A stretch of 64,000 nucleotides of DNA from Carcharhinus amblyrhynchos (Eukaryota), in the NCBI GenBank assembly GCA_965287045.1, contig OZ336873.1, positions 40,920,001 through 40,984,000 of the forward strand, written 5' to 3'. This document shows, piece after piece, positions 51,421-63,461 of this stretch (positions within the stretch are counted from its first letter, which is position 1; the number at the start of each line of letters is the position of its first letter). The notes under the pieces are model-generated. The model was not told the DNA's origin. It saw nothing but the letters and a program-made list of their open reading frames with translations, and made no database searches. Made by a program: the position numbers and the translations under genes.

Positions 51421-52847
51421 CTGAAAATGAAATTGTAATTTTGCAGCATTGAGAAAAAAAGGCTGCATTAGTCCTTAATATATACTTTGAACAGTTGGTA
51501 AAAATCTGTAATAATTTTACTTTTACAACAATAGGTATTTTAGCCATCATTATTCATATTTAATAGATAGATTGACAATGGCAAAAATCTGTGTTGGCTA
51601 TAGCTCAAAACCATTTTTTAAAAATTAATACCTGAAAATACAAGTTTGTGTGGTATTGGACAATGCAACAAGTGATGTTCATAAGGTACAAAAACCTCAA
51701 CAGAACTTTAATATTCAAGAATAAGTAAATTCAAAGTATCTTCTGATTATTTTGATATTTTTATTCTGTTGTAAGAATTTGATCCATCTCAAAACCGCAT
51801 AAATACAATGGGAAGTAATGTATGTAGACTTCTTTTTCCATGGAACTAACCAACCACTAACAAACAGAAAATTAAATTTCAACAGTATCTGACTAATATG
51901 AAGTCAAAAAATATTGTAGTAAAGACTGGATACAGGTACTTCATGGTCTAAGTTTTAAAAGGAAATACACAGTTTTTTGTTTCATTATTCTTGTATTTTT
52001 TTTGATACTGTAAATTTGCCAAAATAGGCAAATTGATTTCAGTGGGAAAGCCTTACCTCTTCTTCTACCATAAAACCAATTTTTGTAAGCGCATCTTAAA
52101 AATATTTTCTGATTGCCTGGAAAGATAAAGAGAGATATATATTCAAACAAACTGGTCCATAACACATTTCTAAGGGTTTTTTTTTAAATGCTAGGTCATT
52201 CATTTTACAAGATTCATGTTTTTACATAGTGTTGATTAAATTATTTTGTACTTGTTTCTCTTCAAGTGTCTTGATATTGTCTTGTACATTTCGGGTACTA
52301 CAGCAAGATGTGCAAGGCCATAGACCTGTTTATAGTTTGATATAGAGCATTTCAATTTCTTCTTTCTATGCAGGACTGCCATGCCCAGCTGAGAACTGAT
52401 GAAGCTCAAGCAGTGGCAGGCAAATGCGATTGACAGGCATAACTATCATTTGAACCTACAACCATTCTTTTGTGAGACAAGCATTCTACTACCTGTGATA
52501 GGTTAATAGCTACTTCTCCCACCACAGAGAAGTCTGATCACTGTACATCTTTGTTACAGGATTCACAGTTACAGATGCAATTTACACAAGTAAATTGTTT
52601 AAATAGTCGGGGAAGAAAGTTAGCATCAGTAAACATTTCCATAAATCCAAGACTTCTTTTTTAAGTTTTTTCAACAACAACTGGCACACTGCCATACATC
52701 AAGTATAAATACAAGAAAAATATGAGCACTAGTAAAGTTTACATATCTATTTAGAAAACTGTATAAGTGTTGTAATAATATTTGCTCATCTTACAGCTTC
52801 TCATTATACAGTTTTTCAAAACAAATGTTGCAGCAATACAAAAATAC

Positions 52848-53008
52848 CTCAAATACGGTGCATTTTGTTTTATTTTTAATTCTGATTTCTTCTCCCAAAT
52901 CCATTTGAATCTCAAAGACGCTGTCAAAATTTGTGAAATTTCAAGACAAGGGGCACTGTCTGGGTACAGCATTTCATCACGAATTTGCATAATAATGTCA
53001 GTTCCAGT
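52848..53008 (-). other. Candidate 161-nt exon, open in phase 0
   Basis: Acceptor aatcaatttttttag|, donor gag|gtattt; TGTDIIMQIRDEML...APYL without a stop. Confidence 0.3.
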
Positions 53009-54447
53009 CTAAAAAAATTGATTGTACTTCTACAGTAATAGAGGAGTCATTTTGCATTGCAGTGATTGTGACTTTGAACATGTATAGAAGTAACAACAAT
53101 TTTATTCAGTAATTCTATATATTCATACAAAGGCAAATACTATGGATGGAAATTAATTTACCCAATAATCAAAAATGTGTCACCATAAAACAAAATAGAT
53201 CAATACATTATGATACATTATTAATAATCACTCCCAATCGTGATTTTTATTTTCATCTTGCAAAACTAGGTAGGACCTGTGTGATAGCCATGCAGAAATC
53301 CTTAGTAATTAAGCACTGTACAGGATGGTTAAACAATTTGTAGCAGTCCTGAAAAAAAGTCAATGTATACACATCACTGCCTTTTCCAGGATCAGCGGCA
53401 AAATAACAATTCGCATTTACAATTAAAAGATTCTATCCCGAAAATACCATTCATTAGGTTACCTCGTGTTTGAAAGGTTACTTGTTAGATTAGTTGTTAG
53501 ATTGGTTGAGGCAAAATACGATTCATCGAAATAGTAAATACAAAATGTAGCTTGTTTTTGTTTGTGTGTCCAATTGTTACATTGACAAAACAAATGCAAC
53601 AAAATAATTTAAACAGGATTATTTTGGTTAAGGTATTATGTTCGCCCATTCATTCCTTCCAGGAAATATTTTTCCAGAGTAACCGTTTATACAGAACTAA
53701 CATCTAATGCGGGTATTTGCAACTTGTGATGTATAGGTTTAGGGGAAAACAAGTTGCTTTATTTAGAAAATGATGCCGGTATATTTTCAATTAACCTAAA
53801 GGCTAGCCAGGGCTCCCCTAATCTTTTACTTTTGTTTTCCGAAGGGTTCACAAACCAAGCTGTCCCGGAGTTAAACCTATCACGGCATCGTCTGTATGTT
53901 TGGTTGTCAGCAGACACAGAAAAACGTGCTGACGACTGCCAGCTTCCTCCAGGCAAACCTGCCGATCGCAATCAATTTCAGGTCACGAATTTCAAATCAA
54001 GGACTTAAGTTTTCTCTGACGGCCGGGGCCCCTCAGCATGTGTGTGTGAAATGCAGCAGCGTCCCAGCTCCTGGGCACTCGGCTACAAGCACTGTGATAA
54101 CCGCGAGTAAAACTACACCTTGCTTCCAAGACTGAGCGTAAATTGTTGGCTCTCCCTTCGTTGAGGGGAAATCCATGATCTCTATGCGATTCCGTTAGAA
54201 TATTATTATTATTTTTACCCACACACCCTGGAAGCTGGAGAAAGCTGTGGGGGTGAGACGAACATTCGTTGTACTCAACTTTTTAACAACATTACCAACA
54301 CAATAAATAATTCGTTTTTTAAAAAACACAAAATGTCCTAACGTTCAGCAAATGTCAGTTGCAAATACGCACGGGAAGAGGAATGTAATAAGCGGAGGGT
54401 TTGAATTGCCCGGGATCGCTAATAAACACAGCGAGTGAGTGACTTAC

Positions 54448-54600
54448 CCCGGTAGGACGGGACGCTCCAAACTACACCGCCCCGCTTTAAAGACGTTGAC
54501 TAGTTGGGAATAGTTCATCTTGCGGTGAATGAGAGTTGGAATAAAAGCCGCCGCCGAGGTCAAGCACTGCCGTCTCCAAGGGTGACGGACGGTGCTTGAA
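54448..54600 (-). other. Candidate first exon of the divergent transcript, with ATG at 54518 (MNYSQLVNVFKAGRCSLERPVLP-G)
   Basis: Lies at the edge of the CpG island; consensus donor CGGG|GTAAGT; ATG in aagATGa context. TSS position is an estimate. Confidence 0.55.
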
Positions 54601-54960
54601 CTCCGCCGCGCGCGCGCGCCACGCTTCCGGTCGCCCGGCCCGCTGCCTTGACAACCGAGTTGGGCGAAGCGGATGTGACGCCGGGGGAAGGTCCGCGCGC
54701 AGATTGGGCGGGGTTTGAGGTGCCATCCACCCTGCTCCGCCCCCTTCCCTCCCTCCGACCCGAGCGTCAGCAGCAGTCATCTCCCCGTCATTGGCTGGAA
54801 AGCTATGCAAATGAGTAAGCGAACTAACCAATCAATGGGAAGAGGCGACACTCTCGTCCTCCGCCCCTGTCCCCTCCCCGGAGCATACGCGCACTGAACG
54901 TCGGGATTTGTAGTTTTTCTTGCCACACTAGAACTACACCTCCCGGCACAGCTCGCGCCT
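54540..54960. promoter_or_regulatory. CpG-island, housekeeping/bidirectional-type promoter
   Basis: GGGATTTGTAGT (54903-54914) and ACTACACCTCCCGGCA (54933-54948), ZNF143/THAP11-type motifs back to back; CCAAT x3 (54703, 54790, 54828); GC boxes; ETS CTTCCGG (54624); (GC)n NRF1-like run; X-box-like GTTGTCAAGGCAG; octamer ATGCAAAT (54805). Confidence 0.85.
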
Positions 54961-56634
54961 CACAGGTACTCCTGTCACTCAAGCTTCCCTGGAAGTGTTT
55001 GGAGGTGCAGTCAGAGTTGCGCTACCTGCACAGCGCTTTACAGCGGCTCCTTTCGCTTGAGTTTTTGCGTAATGCAAGCGCAAGGATACTTAAGGGAGTG
55101 GAGCTAGGAAAGATGGTGGCTTTGCAAAGTATCATGTGCAAAGATCAAACGCAGCGAGTCCTATTTAAGGTGCCACGATGCGCAATTGCAATGCCCGAGA
55201 CCCAGTGCAGCGAAAGCAAATGTGAAGAGTGGGATACATTTAGTGTGAATACCTAAATAAATTTCCAAAATCTACAGATGGATCCGTGACTAAATTTGAA
55301 ACTACAAATACATCTTGCATTTGGTAAAATCCTAAAAAAGTTTGTGCGTTAGTGATTCATTAAAAAAACTTACCAGTTCAAAGGGAATTAACCATCAACC
55401 TATTTAAAACGTACAGAGGCACACGCGTTCATTGTGAATTTATCTTTAAGAAATTTAATATGCATATTTCAGCAACGTCCACATTTTGATATGTTTCCCT
55501 GTTCCACAATAGTATTGGTCATCCGCCTGTATGAATATAGCTTTGCCAGAGATGATTTCAGAAAGATGTAGAATTAAGCCTTTAATCCAGGCAAAAAAAA
55601 GTAATTGAAAGTAACGAAAACGGATTATAAACAGATGAGAGCAAGAACAAACATCTCAATCAACCACTAACATGGAATAATATTATCAAAGCATGGCATT
55701 GTACAGTAAAAAAAAGACCTTATTATATTGAGGGGCTAAATACAACATTCAGTTCTCTGATTAATCTCGCAGGGCAAAAGACTTTGGGAACTATCGATTT
55801 ACGAGATTGCCCGCTGAGATATGGGCTTGAGCAGAATAGCTGCTATAAGCAGACAAAGAGAATTAAATAAACCGGGATATGTTCGTGTTGGGAAATATAT
55901 CTGGTGGAATCAAAGGAGATTACATCCGTTGATCGGCAGGGATTTATCCCAGTTCATATGGTTTTAATCTGCTTTCGCTTCTACCCTTTTATGAGTTTTG
56001 GAGAGGGGATACCTGCTTCGTTTATTCGCTTATATCCACCAGTAAACACTCATTTTGAGCTTAAGAGTGCAAGGCAGCGAATCAGCTAGTATGTACTACA
56101 GCGTAAAAGTGACACTCCTCCATCGATTGCGAATAGTCCAAGTAATTGGTATTATTTGAGAATTATATGTATTTAAAAACATTATAAAACCGTACGCTGC
56201 ATGCACTGCTGAATCGTTCTGTACATCTGCTCCTGTCCCATCTTAAGAGCAACTTTTTTACCCCTGTGAGACGGAGATGGGGGACAGCCCCCAAAACGCG
56301 TCGTACTTTTGTCCAGCAAATAACCGTTAACATTGCCAGACATATTAGTGTTTGAAACATAAGCCTTCACATGGCTTTGCGGTTAAAATTAGATTTTGAA
56401 AGCAGGGGGAAAATGAATTAGCCATGATTTATATTTCAAATAGAAATTCAGGTTAGCGCTAAGCTGGCTGAATCCATGCGGGGTGTGATTTAAGAAAAGG
56501 CAAGGGAGGCAGTGCATTCACTTTATGACACAGAGCTTTTAAAATCTGATGTTGAATCAAGTATCCAAATATACATTGGCTCTCCTCCCAATCAACAATG
56601 CCCTAGGATTTACATCAAAAGCACTATAACGCAC

Positions 56635-56800
56635 AAATAAAACACTGCGAATGCTAGAAATCTTAAATAAATGCAGAAAATACTGGAAATACTCAGCATG
56701 TCTGACCGCATCTGTGGAGAGAAAAACAAGAGTTCACGCTTCCGATCAATGAATTGCGCACGAAAGGTCATTGACCTGAAACGTTAACTCTGTTTCTCCA
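56635..56800. mobile_element. Penelope-derived repeat in inverted (fold-back) arrangement
   Basis: gagaaaaacaagagttcacgcttccgatcaatga faces tcattgacctgaaacgttaactctgtttctc. Confidence 0.6.
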
Positions 56801-57392
56801 AAAGTACAATGACCTGGGTATGCCATATAACAGAGTGAACTATGTCTTTAGAATTGATTTTATTTGCATTCAGAAGTGCATTTTATAAGCGAGTGGAATA
56901 TTTTATCACCCCCTTGATGGCAAATCAGATGCTTCTTTACAGATGCGAATAGATGTCATCTTGAAAAAAATCCTCAAATGAGGGTTCAGTCTAATGGAAA
57001 GGCCCTCACCCCAAATTCGATTTTCACAGCAATGAGATGGAGCTGAACCTATGAATTCTAAATACCAGCCAGAGAATTTCATTAACAGACAGTGGTCTAA
57101 ACATGATTGTTGACAACGTTAGCATTTAACCATTGGTATGAGATTACACTTTTAACAAGGTTGTTAATCCATTTAAAATAACAGAATAAATTTAGGTCTG
57201 CACTAAATTAATCAAATACTTCTAAGTTCCTCTGTTAATGTCACCAATAGCTTATTAAAAGCAAGGAGACCCTGAATTCAGTCTTGGTTTAGACTTCTAT
57301 TCCAATGGTCTAAGGCTAGAGTAGAAGTGGCATATCAGGATTCTGACAGTTGATTCCTACTATATATACTCGTTCAATACACAAAGCCGATT

Positions 57393-57720
57393 TCATAGAA
57401 ATCATAGAAACCCTACAGTGCAGAGGGAGGCCATTCAGCCCATCAAGCCTTCACTGACCACAATCCCACCCCACAAATTTACTCCACCAATCCCTCTAAC
57501 CTAGACATCCTGGGACACTAAGGGGCAGTTTAGCATGACCAATCAACCAAACCTGCACAACTTTGGACTGTGGGAGGAAACCGGAGCATCTGGAAGAAAC
57601 CCACACAGACACAGGGAGAATGTGCAAACTCCACATAGACAGTGACCCAAGCTGGGAATCAAACCCAGGTCCCTAGAGCTGTGAGGCAGCAGTGTTAACC
57701 ACTGTGCCACCATGCTGCCC
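57393..57720 (-). mobile_element. HE1-like V-SINE with LINE-derived tail
   Basis: catagaaatcatagaaa tail; ttggactgtgggaggaaaccggagca..gggagaatgtgcaaactccaca V-domain; tRNA head ending ccactgtgccaccatgctgccc. Confidence 0.9.
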
Positions 57721-59609
57721 TTACTATCACTGGATTGATAACTAACCTATTGGTAACATAGAACTTTGAACCATGATTTGATCTAGTTAATGCCATTGGA
57801 AGTCTCCATCTTCAGCAATGTGTCTGCCAATCACAAGCACTAACAGGTCACTGCTTAGTACAAACTATGAAGACTTGCATGAAATGTTAAGACTGCAATA
57901 GCTCATATCTTGCTTAGGCTGTCAGAGGAAGCAGGAGTAATCGTAATCGTGGTCATCAAAACACTCAGCAAGCAAATGGCAAAATGCAACAGCAAATATG
58001 GTACATCAGGTTCCATAGTTATAGTCAGCAGCTGTTCTCCACAATTGTGCAGCAGCAAAAGGAAAGCACAGAAGTGAACATTTTTCAGATTTTCTCATAA
58101 AAATGTAGCTCCACAAGGAAAGGCTGTCACCCAAAATTAGTTTATCTTGTTACCAGAAATCATTACTTACCCATTGGTTTCAAGAAGGACAATGCAGTAA
58201 AGTAGAAAAAAGTTTCATCTGAACTGAAGTACATACTTGATACACAGGATAACCAGTGTAGGTCTAATAAGGCTAAAAAACAAGAACTTATAAATGTAAA
58301 TGGAACATCAGCACTGGAGTAAACTTTTGTTTACTTGTCACTTGTGCAATCCTAGTATACTTTACTGCCATAGCCCTCAAAGTAGAAGTTATATTTCAGT
58401 TACAAATTTTTCTTCGTGGTGCCTGTGGTCAGTTGATGAATCTAAATTTATTAAACATACGCAAGACAACAGAGTTAGGAGACTTCGGATATTTGTTTCA
58501 CCAAGCCACACGTTGGCCACAGCCTGCAACAATTATTGTGACAGGTAGCATAGCATAGTGAAATCAAATGCAAAATATTGACATAGCAATTTATAATTTG
58601 TAAATGTTGGCACAAAAGATAATCAAAATTATCGCACTAACGGAAGGTTGGGGGCAGGTTGTGTACTTCCTGAACAATATTTTAAAACAATATGTTCATA
58701 TATTATGCATGATATTTTGTATTTAGGTTCAGCTTTTGTTTTGAGGGCATGGAGTCCTAACCTTCTAACCCCAGTTGTTGAACTTGTAACAAGTAAATCA
58801 AAATGATACGGTTATTTCACATGTCCATTAGCACAGGGAAGTTTTATTTTCTATAGAGATATAAAGTGGTATTTTAGGTACAAACATTTTCTATAACAAT
58901 CTGTATTATGTGGTCTTCCACATACTGTGGTCCTACAGTTTACCATGGATTATGCAGATCTATACAACAAATGTGCATAGAGCACTTCTGACATCAGCAT
59001 TTTTCCATTTTGTTTCAAAAGTAATGAAATGGATGCATACTCATATAAAACTGGGACAATCTCTTAACTGCAAAGAAAGAATAAAAAATGTTGAACAAAT
59101 TAAGTAAAAAATGTTGAAGTTCGAGCTTCAGCTGGCAACCTCTTAGATGTCATCCACTGTGACAGCAGGGAAAGATGTTGGGGGACCAGAGAGATGGTAA
59201 CAAGCTTATGCAAAGGACACTTAGAACATCTGAAGTTTGAGTACAGATTAACCCAGATATCCAAACACAACATTTTCAAGGATAGTCCAAATTCATATAT
59301 TCAGTGAATCAGCCAATATTGATGGAATGCTGAATATTGATGGATTCTAATTTCATTTGGGCTCCTCTTTTTAAGACACATGAATTTTATAAATATAAAT
59401 ATAAAAATTATATGAAGCAAAACTAATGCACACTTAACTGAATAGAAGCCACTATAAAATATCAACTACTACAATACAGATCAATTCTTCTTACATATCC
59501 TGTTTTCACAAGGCAGAAGCCTTTTATTTTCTATAAATGTTAGGGTCAGGCATTCCTTCATTGTCTGGACCTCCAACAACTCATTTTTTTCACAAACACA
59601 AAACTATGA

Positions 59610-60410
59610 AAGGCAGATGGAATTCAATCCAGAAAAGTGTGAGGTAATGCATTTGGAGGGCATGGGGGGTGGATTGGGGGGCACACAAATAAACAAAAGT
59701 GGGGACTACGTAATAAATGGAAGCATATTCATAGGGGTAGAGGAAGTGAGAGACCTTGGAGTGTATGTCCACAGATCCCTGAAAGTGGTAGCACTGGTGA
59801 CAAAGATAGTAAAGAAAGTACGTGGAATGCTTTCCTTTATCAGATGAGATATTAAATACAAAAGCAGGGATTTAATGCTGGAACTACATAAAGTGCTGGT
59901 TAGGCCACAGCTGGAATTTTGTCTCCAGTTCCAGTCACCCATTCCAGAAAGGCCATAATTGCTCTGGAGAGAATGCAGAGCAGATATGCAAGAATATTGC
60001 CAGGGTTTGAACATTGCAGCCATGAAAACATTGCAGCGAGGGTTGCTTTCCAGAGGAGGCTGAGGGGTGACCTAACTGACATGTACAAACATTACGAGAG
60101 ATCTAGATAGAATAGACTGCAAAGACCTGTTTCCCCTAACTGAGGGATGAATTACGAGGGGATAGAAGAATTAGAGGAAGCATGGGGAAAAATCTCCTCA
60201 CTCTGAGGATTGTAGGTGTCTGGAATTCATTGCCTGGCTTGTTGGTGGCGGGAAAACCCTCAACTCAGTTAAAAAGGCACCCGGTCAGCACTTACAATGC
60301 TGTAAGCTGCAAGGTCATGGGCCAATGTTGGAAGGTTGGATTTTCATTTTATTTATTCTTTATTTTTCAGCTGGAGCCGATATAATGGGCTGAATGGCCT
60401 CTTTCGTCAT
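59610..60410 (+). mobile_element. Degenerate CR1 3' portion
   Basis: MEFNPEKCEVMH, RDLGVYVHRSLK, RRLRGDL, VGVWNSLP. Confidence 0.9.
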
Positions 60411-61639
60411 CATGCCTTTTTTGTGGCTCTATGAATGATCATACTTTAAAACATATTTTCTTTCCCCAAAATCTTAAACTTGTTGATTTCTAATAACACA
60501 ATCCCATTTCTCAGCGTGTGAAATAATTAAATGGCAGGTAGAAAATGTTTTCTATAATCTCAAGAGTGCTTATGTAACCCAAGATGAATAGATTTTACTT
60601 TAATAGTCCAAAAACTGCATGTCAGGGTTTTTTATTTTATTATGCACTTGGACTTGTGTCTATTTTTACAACAGTAATTCTATCCACACATTTGATGCAC
60701 GCACAGTCTGCACATTGTGCTTTATCATCTCTTGGCATTGCTTCCTAACGGCTATTACTCACTTGCGCGAATTAGTGGCCAATAGTGAAAACCAACTTCT
60801 CCCACTCTAGAACTATCATGCACAACATTTGTTGCTAAGATTTGTATTAAAGACGAAGTGGGTGCTTTGTGCGAAAACCACCCACAGTGTATCTGTGACC
60901 AAACTGCAAACAATTTCTCCGTAATTTTTCAGTAATAATATCACAATTGTTGGTCTTTGTGGGTCTCTTTCTGCATTAGTGTTGCACACTGCACTGACAG
61001 TTGCTGTCCGCGCAAAAATAGGCCGACTTAGAATTGAATCAAATCGCCCCAACAGCTTAATATAAATACAAAAAATAGCCCCATTTGGGAGTGATTTGAA
61101 TGCAATAATGTAATCTCTGGGTTCAGGCCACTGTTAACTTTTCTTCATGCCGGGGCGAGGCTCCAACAACTTCCAACATCTCACCCAAAATGGTTATTTA
61201 CTCCAAGGTGGCTGTGATGCTGGTGACAAATACCATGATGTGGAGATGCCGGCGTTGGACGGAGGTAAGCACAGTTAGAAGTCTTGCAACACCAGGTTGA
61301 AAGTGCCATCACAACCCAGTCCTATCCTGATTTCATTCCAGGTTGAAACACACAAAAATACACACATAAACGCGGTTCCAGCACGACTTCCGGACGGTGA
61401 CAAGGATGGAAAACACGCTGCTTACTCCCCCTCAACCCCTTACCTAACCAGGATTGACGAAGCCAATATCACTGCCCCACATCTGATATCAGCTCCGACT
61501 TGGAACTGCACCTTGTACCGTGAATCGTAGAGTGGCTGTAGCGCAGAAAGAGGCCGTTCGGCCCATCGTGTCCGCGCCGGCCCTTTGCCGGAGCCATTCA
61601 TCTCCAGCCACCCCCGTCCCTCTTTTCCTCCGGAACCAA

Positions 61640-62466
61640 TTATGATTTAGCAACTCACTAGATAATTAGCCGAGCCACGTGGGCGGAATTGCCGGCGGAT
61701 TTTGAAATCATCTGAATCCTGGTTTAAGGAGTCAGATATATGGGGGGAAAAAGATGCTCTGCATTTGACATGGGACGATAACTGATCCTGGGGGGGAGGT
61801 GCGGGGAGGCTCTTCCGCCTTACATTGCCATGTGCAGTGGATACACACCTGTAACAAGGCAAACGTAACATCGCACGCCATAGAATTGTAATTACTTATG
61901 AGCACTAAATCTAAAATCGATGCAAAGGTCAGAAAAACGTACTTTGGGGGAATTTGATTGGCACGCATTTCCAGTGAGATCAGCATTTGTTCCTGATTAT
62001 ATGGGCTTCTGTCACGTATAATATTAGCGAAGTTAAAGTTAAAGTTGCTGGAGCCTGGTAAAAGATTGCCATCCAGGGGCCGGCGCACTTGAGCCTTGAA
62101 GTGAGGCTTCCGATACAGAGAGAGAGAGAAAAAAAGCCTCTCATTAGGTTGGTTGTGGCACCCCATCAGGCTGCTGCTTTTCTTCTATTGACAACACCCT
62201 GAGAGGAGGAGCTGCGAGTGCGTAGAAGGCGTCACAAACCCTGAATTTCGAACTTGCATCTTGCAGGACCTTTCCCAAGCAGCTCTATCCAAAGGAAAAC
62301 TTCTGCAAGCAAGTAAACACTGGGGAGAGTCAGCCGCTGACAGCGCAGACCCAGGCAAACTGCCGGCGCATGATTCCACATCACACAATTCACACAAGAG
62401 CTTTGGAAATAGGGGGTTGATTCACACACACACACACACACACACACAAAACCAGAATCTTAAGCC
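61640..62466 (+). promoter_or_regulatory. irx5: irx5 proximal promoter and 5' UTR
   Basis: CpG-enriched, directly upstream of the ATG; E-box CACGTG (61676) next to a GC box; ATTGG (~61957); TATAAT (~62017). TSS not determinable. Confidence 0.7.
62423..62448 (+). repeat. (CA)13 microsatellite in the irx5 5' UTR
   Basis: Perfect CA repeat ending 18 nt before the start codon. Confidence 0.95.
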
Positions 62467-62703
62467 ATGTCGTATCCTCAGGGCTACTTGTATCAACCGT
62501 CAGCTTCTTTAGCGCTTTACTCGTGTCCAGCCTACAGCACGAGCGTGATATCGGGACCCAGGACGGATGAACTTGGGAGATCCTCCTCGGGATCTGCCTT
62601 CAGCCCCTACGCCGGATCCACAGCGTTTTCAGCCCCTTCCCCAGGCTATAACGGCCACCTCCAGTACGGCACAGACCCGACCGCTGCCTTCACTTCCTAC
62701 GTG
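62467..62703 (+). CDS. irx5: Iroquois homeobox protein 5, coding exon 1
   Basis: [54 protein letters not shown] is the IRX5 N-terminus; gccATG context; donor GTG|gtaagt. Confidence 0.97.
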
Positions 62704-63055
62704 GTAAGTTCTGTTTGCTACACACCATTACATTACCATTCAGAAGTATTGCTGAATAGAAGGGGAGCCTCTTTTGAGATCATTTCTGAAAAGATCTCAC
62801 CTCCCTCTTTACAAACTTTTCCAGGCGACCCGGTCTGTTATTTTAATGCAAATCGGTTCGACCAATTTGGTTAACGTGGCTTTTTTTTGTTGTTGTTGTT
62901 GTTGAAAAATTGCTTGATTTTATTACAAATCTCCAAAAGCTCGACACACTTAGCTGTTTGCGTTCTTTAAAGGTTATATCATTCGGTTAAAGGATTCGCA
63001 GCTGAATGCATTCGGTACAAAATGCGATTTTGACGGGTGTTTGTTGTGTCTTAAG

Positions 63056-63461
63056 GGCTCTCCCTATGATCACTCGGCGGGCATGGCTGGATCTATTGGA
63101 TATCACCCGTACGCTGCTCCTTTAGGCTCTTACCCCTACGGTGACCCAGCTTACCGAAAGAATGCCACCCGGGATGCCACCGCCACCCTCAAAGCCTGGC
63201 TCAGCGAGCACCGGAAGAACCCTTACCCCACCAAAGGCGAGAAGATCATGCTGGCCATCATCACCAAGATGACACTGACCCAAGTGTCCACCTGGTTCGC
63301 GAACGCCCGGAGGAGGCTGAAGAAAGAGAACAAGATGACCTGGACCCCGAGAAACAGGAGCGAAGACGAGGAGGAAGAGGAGAACATAGACCTGGAAAAA
63401 AACGACGAGGACGAGCCGCAGAAATCTTTGGAAAAGGGGAACTCGTCCGAACCAGAAGCAG
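63056..63461 (+). CDS. irx5: Iroquois homeobox protein 5, exon 2 (TALE homeodomain and acidic region)
   Basis: Acceptor ttaag|GGC; [82 protein letters not shown]; donor GCAG|gtaaga. Confidence 0.98.

Noticed and set aside
54487-54831. 114-aa minus-strand ORF across the CpG island
   Set aside because: Starts at a non-ATG codon and covers promoter motifs; GC-rich sequence lacks stops by chance.
62704-62874. Extension of the irx5 exon-1 ORF (VSSVCYTP...)
   Set aside because: Read-through into intron 1 past the GTG|gtaagt donor.
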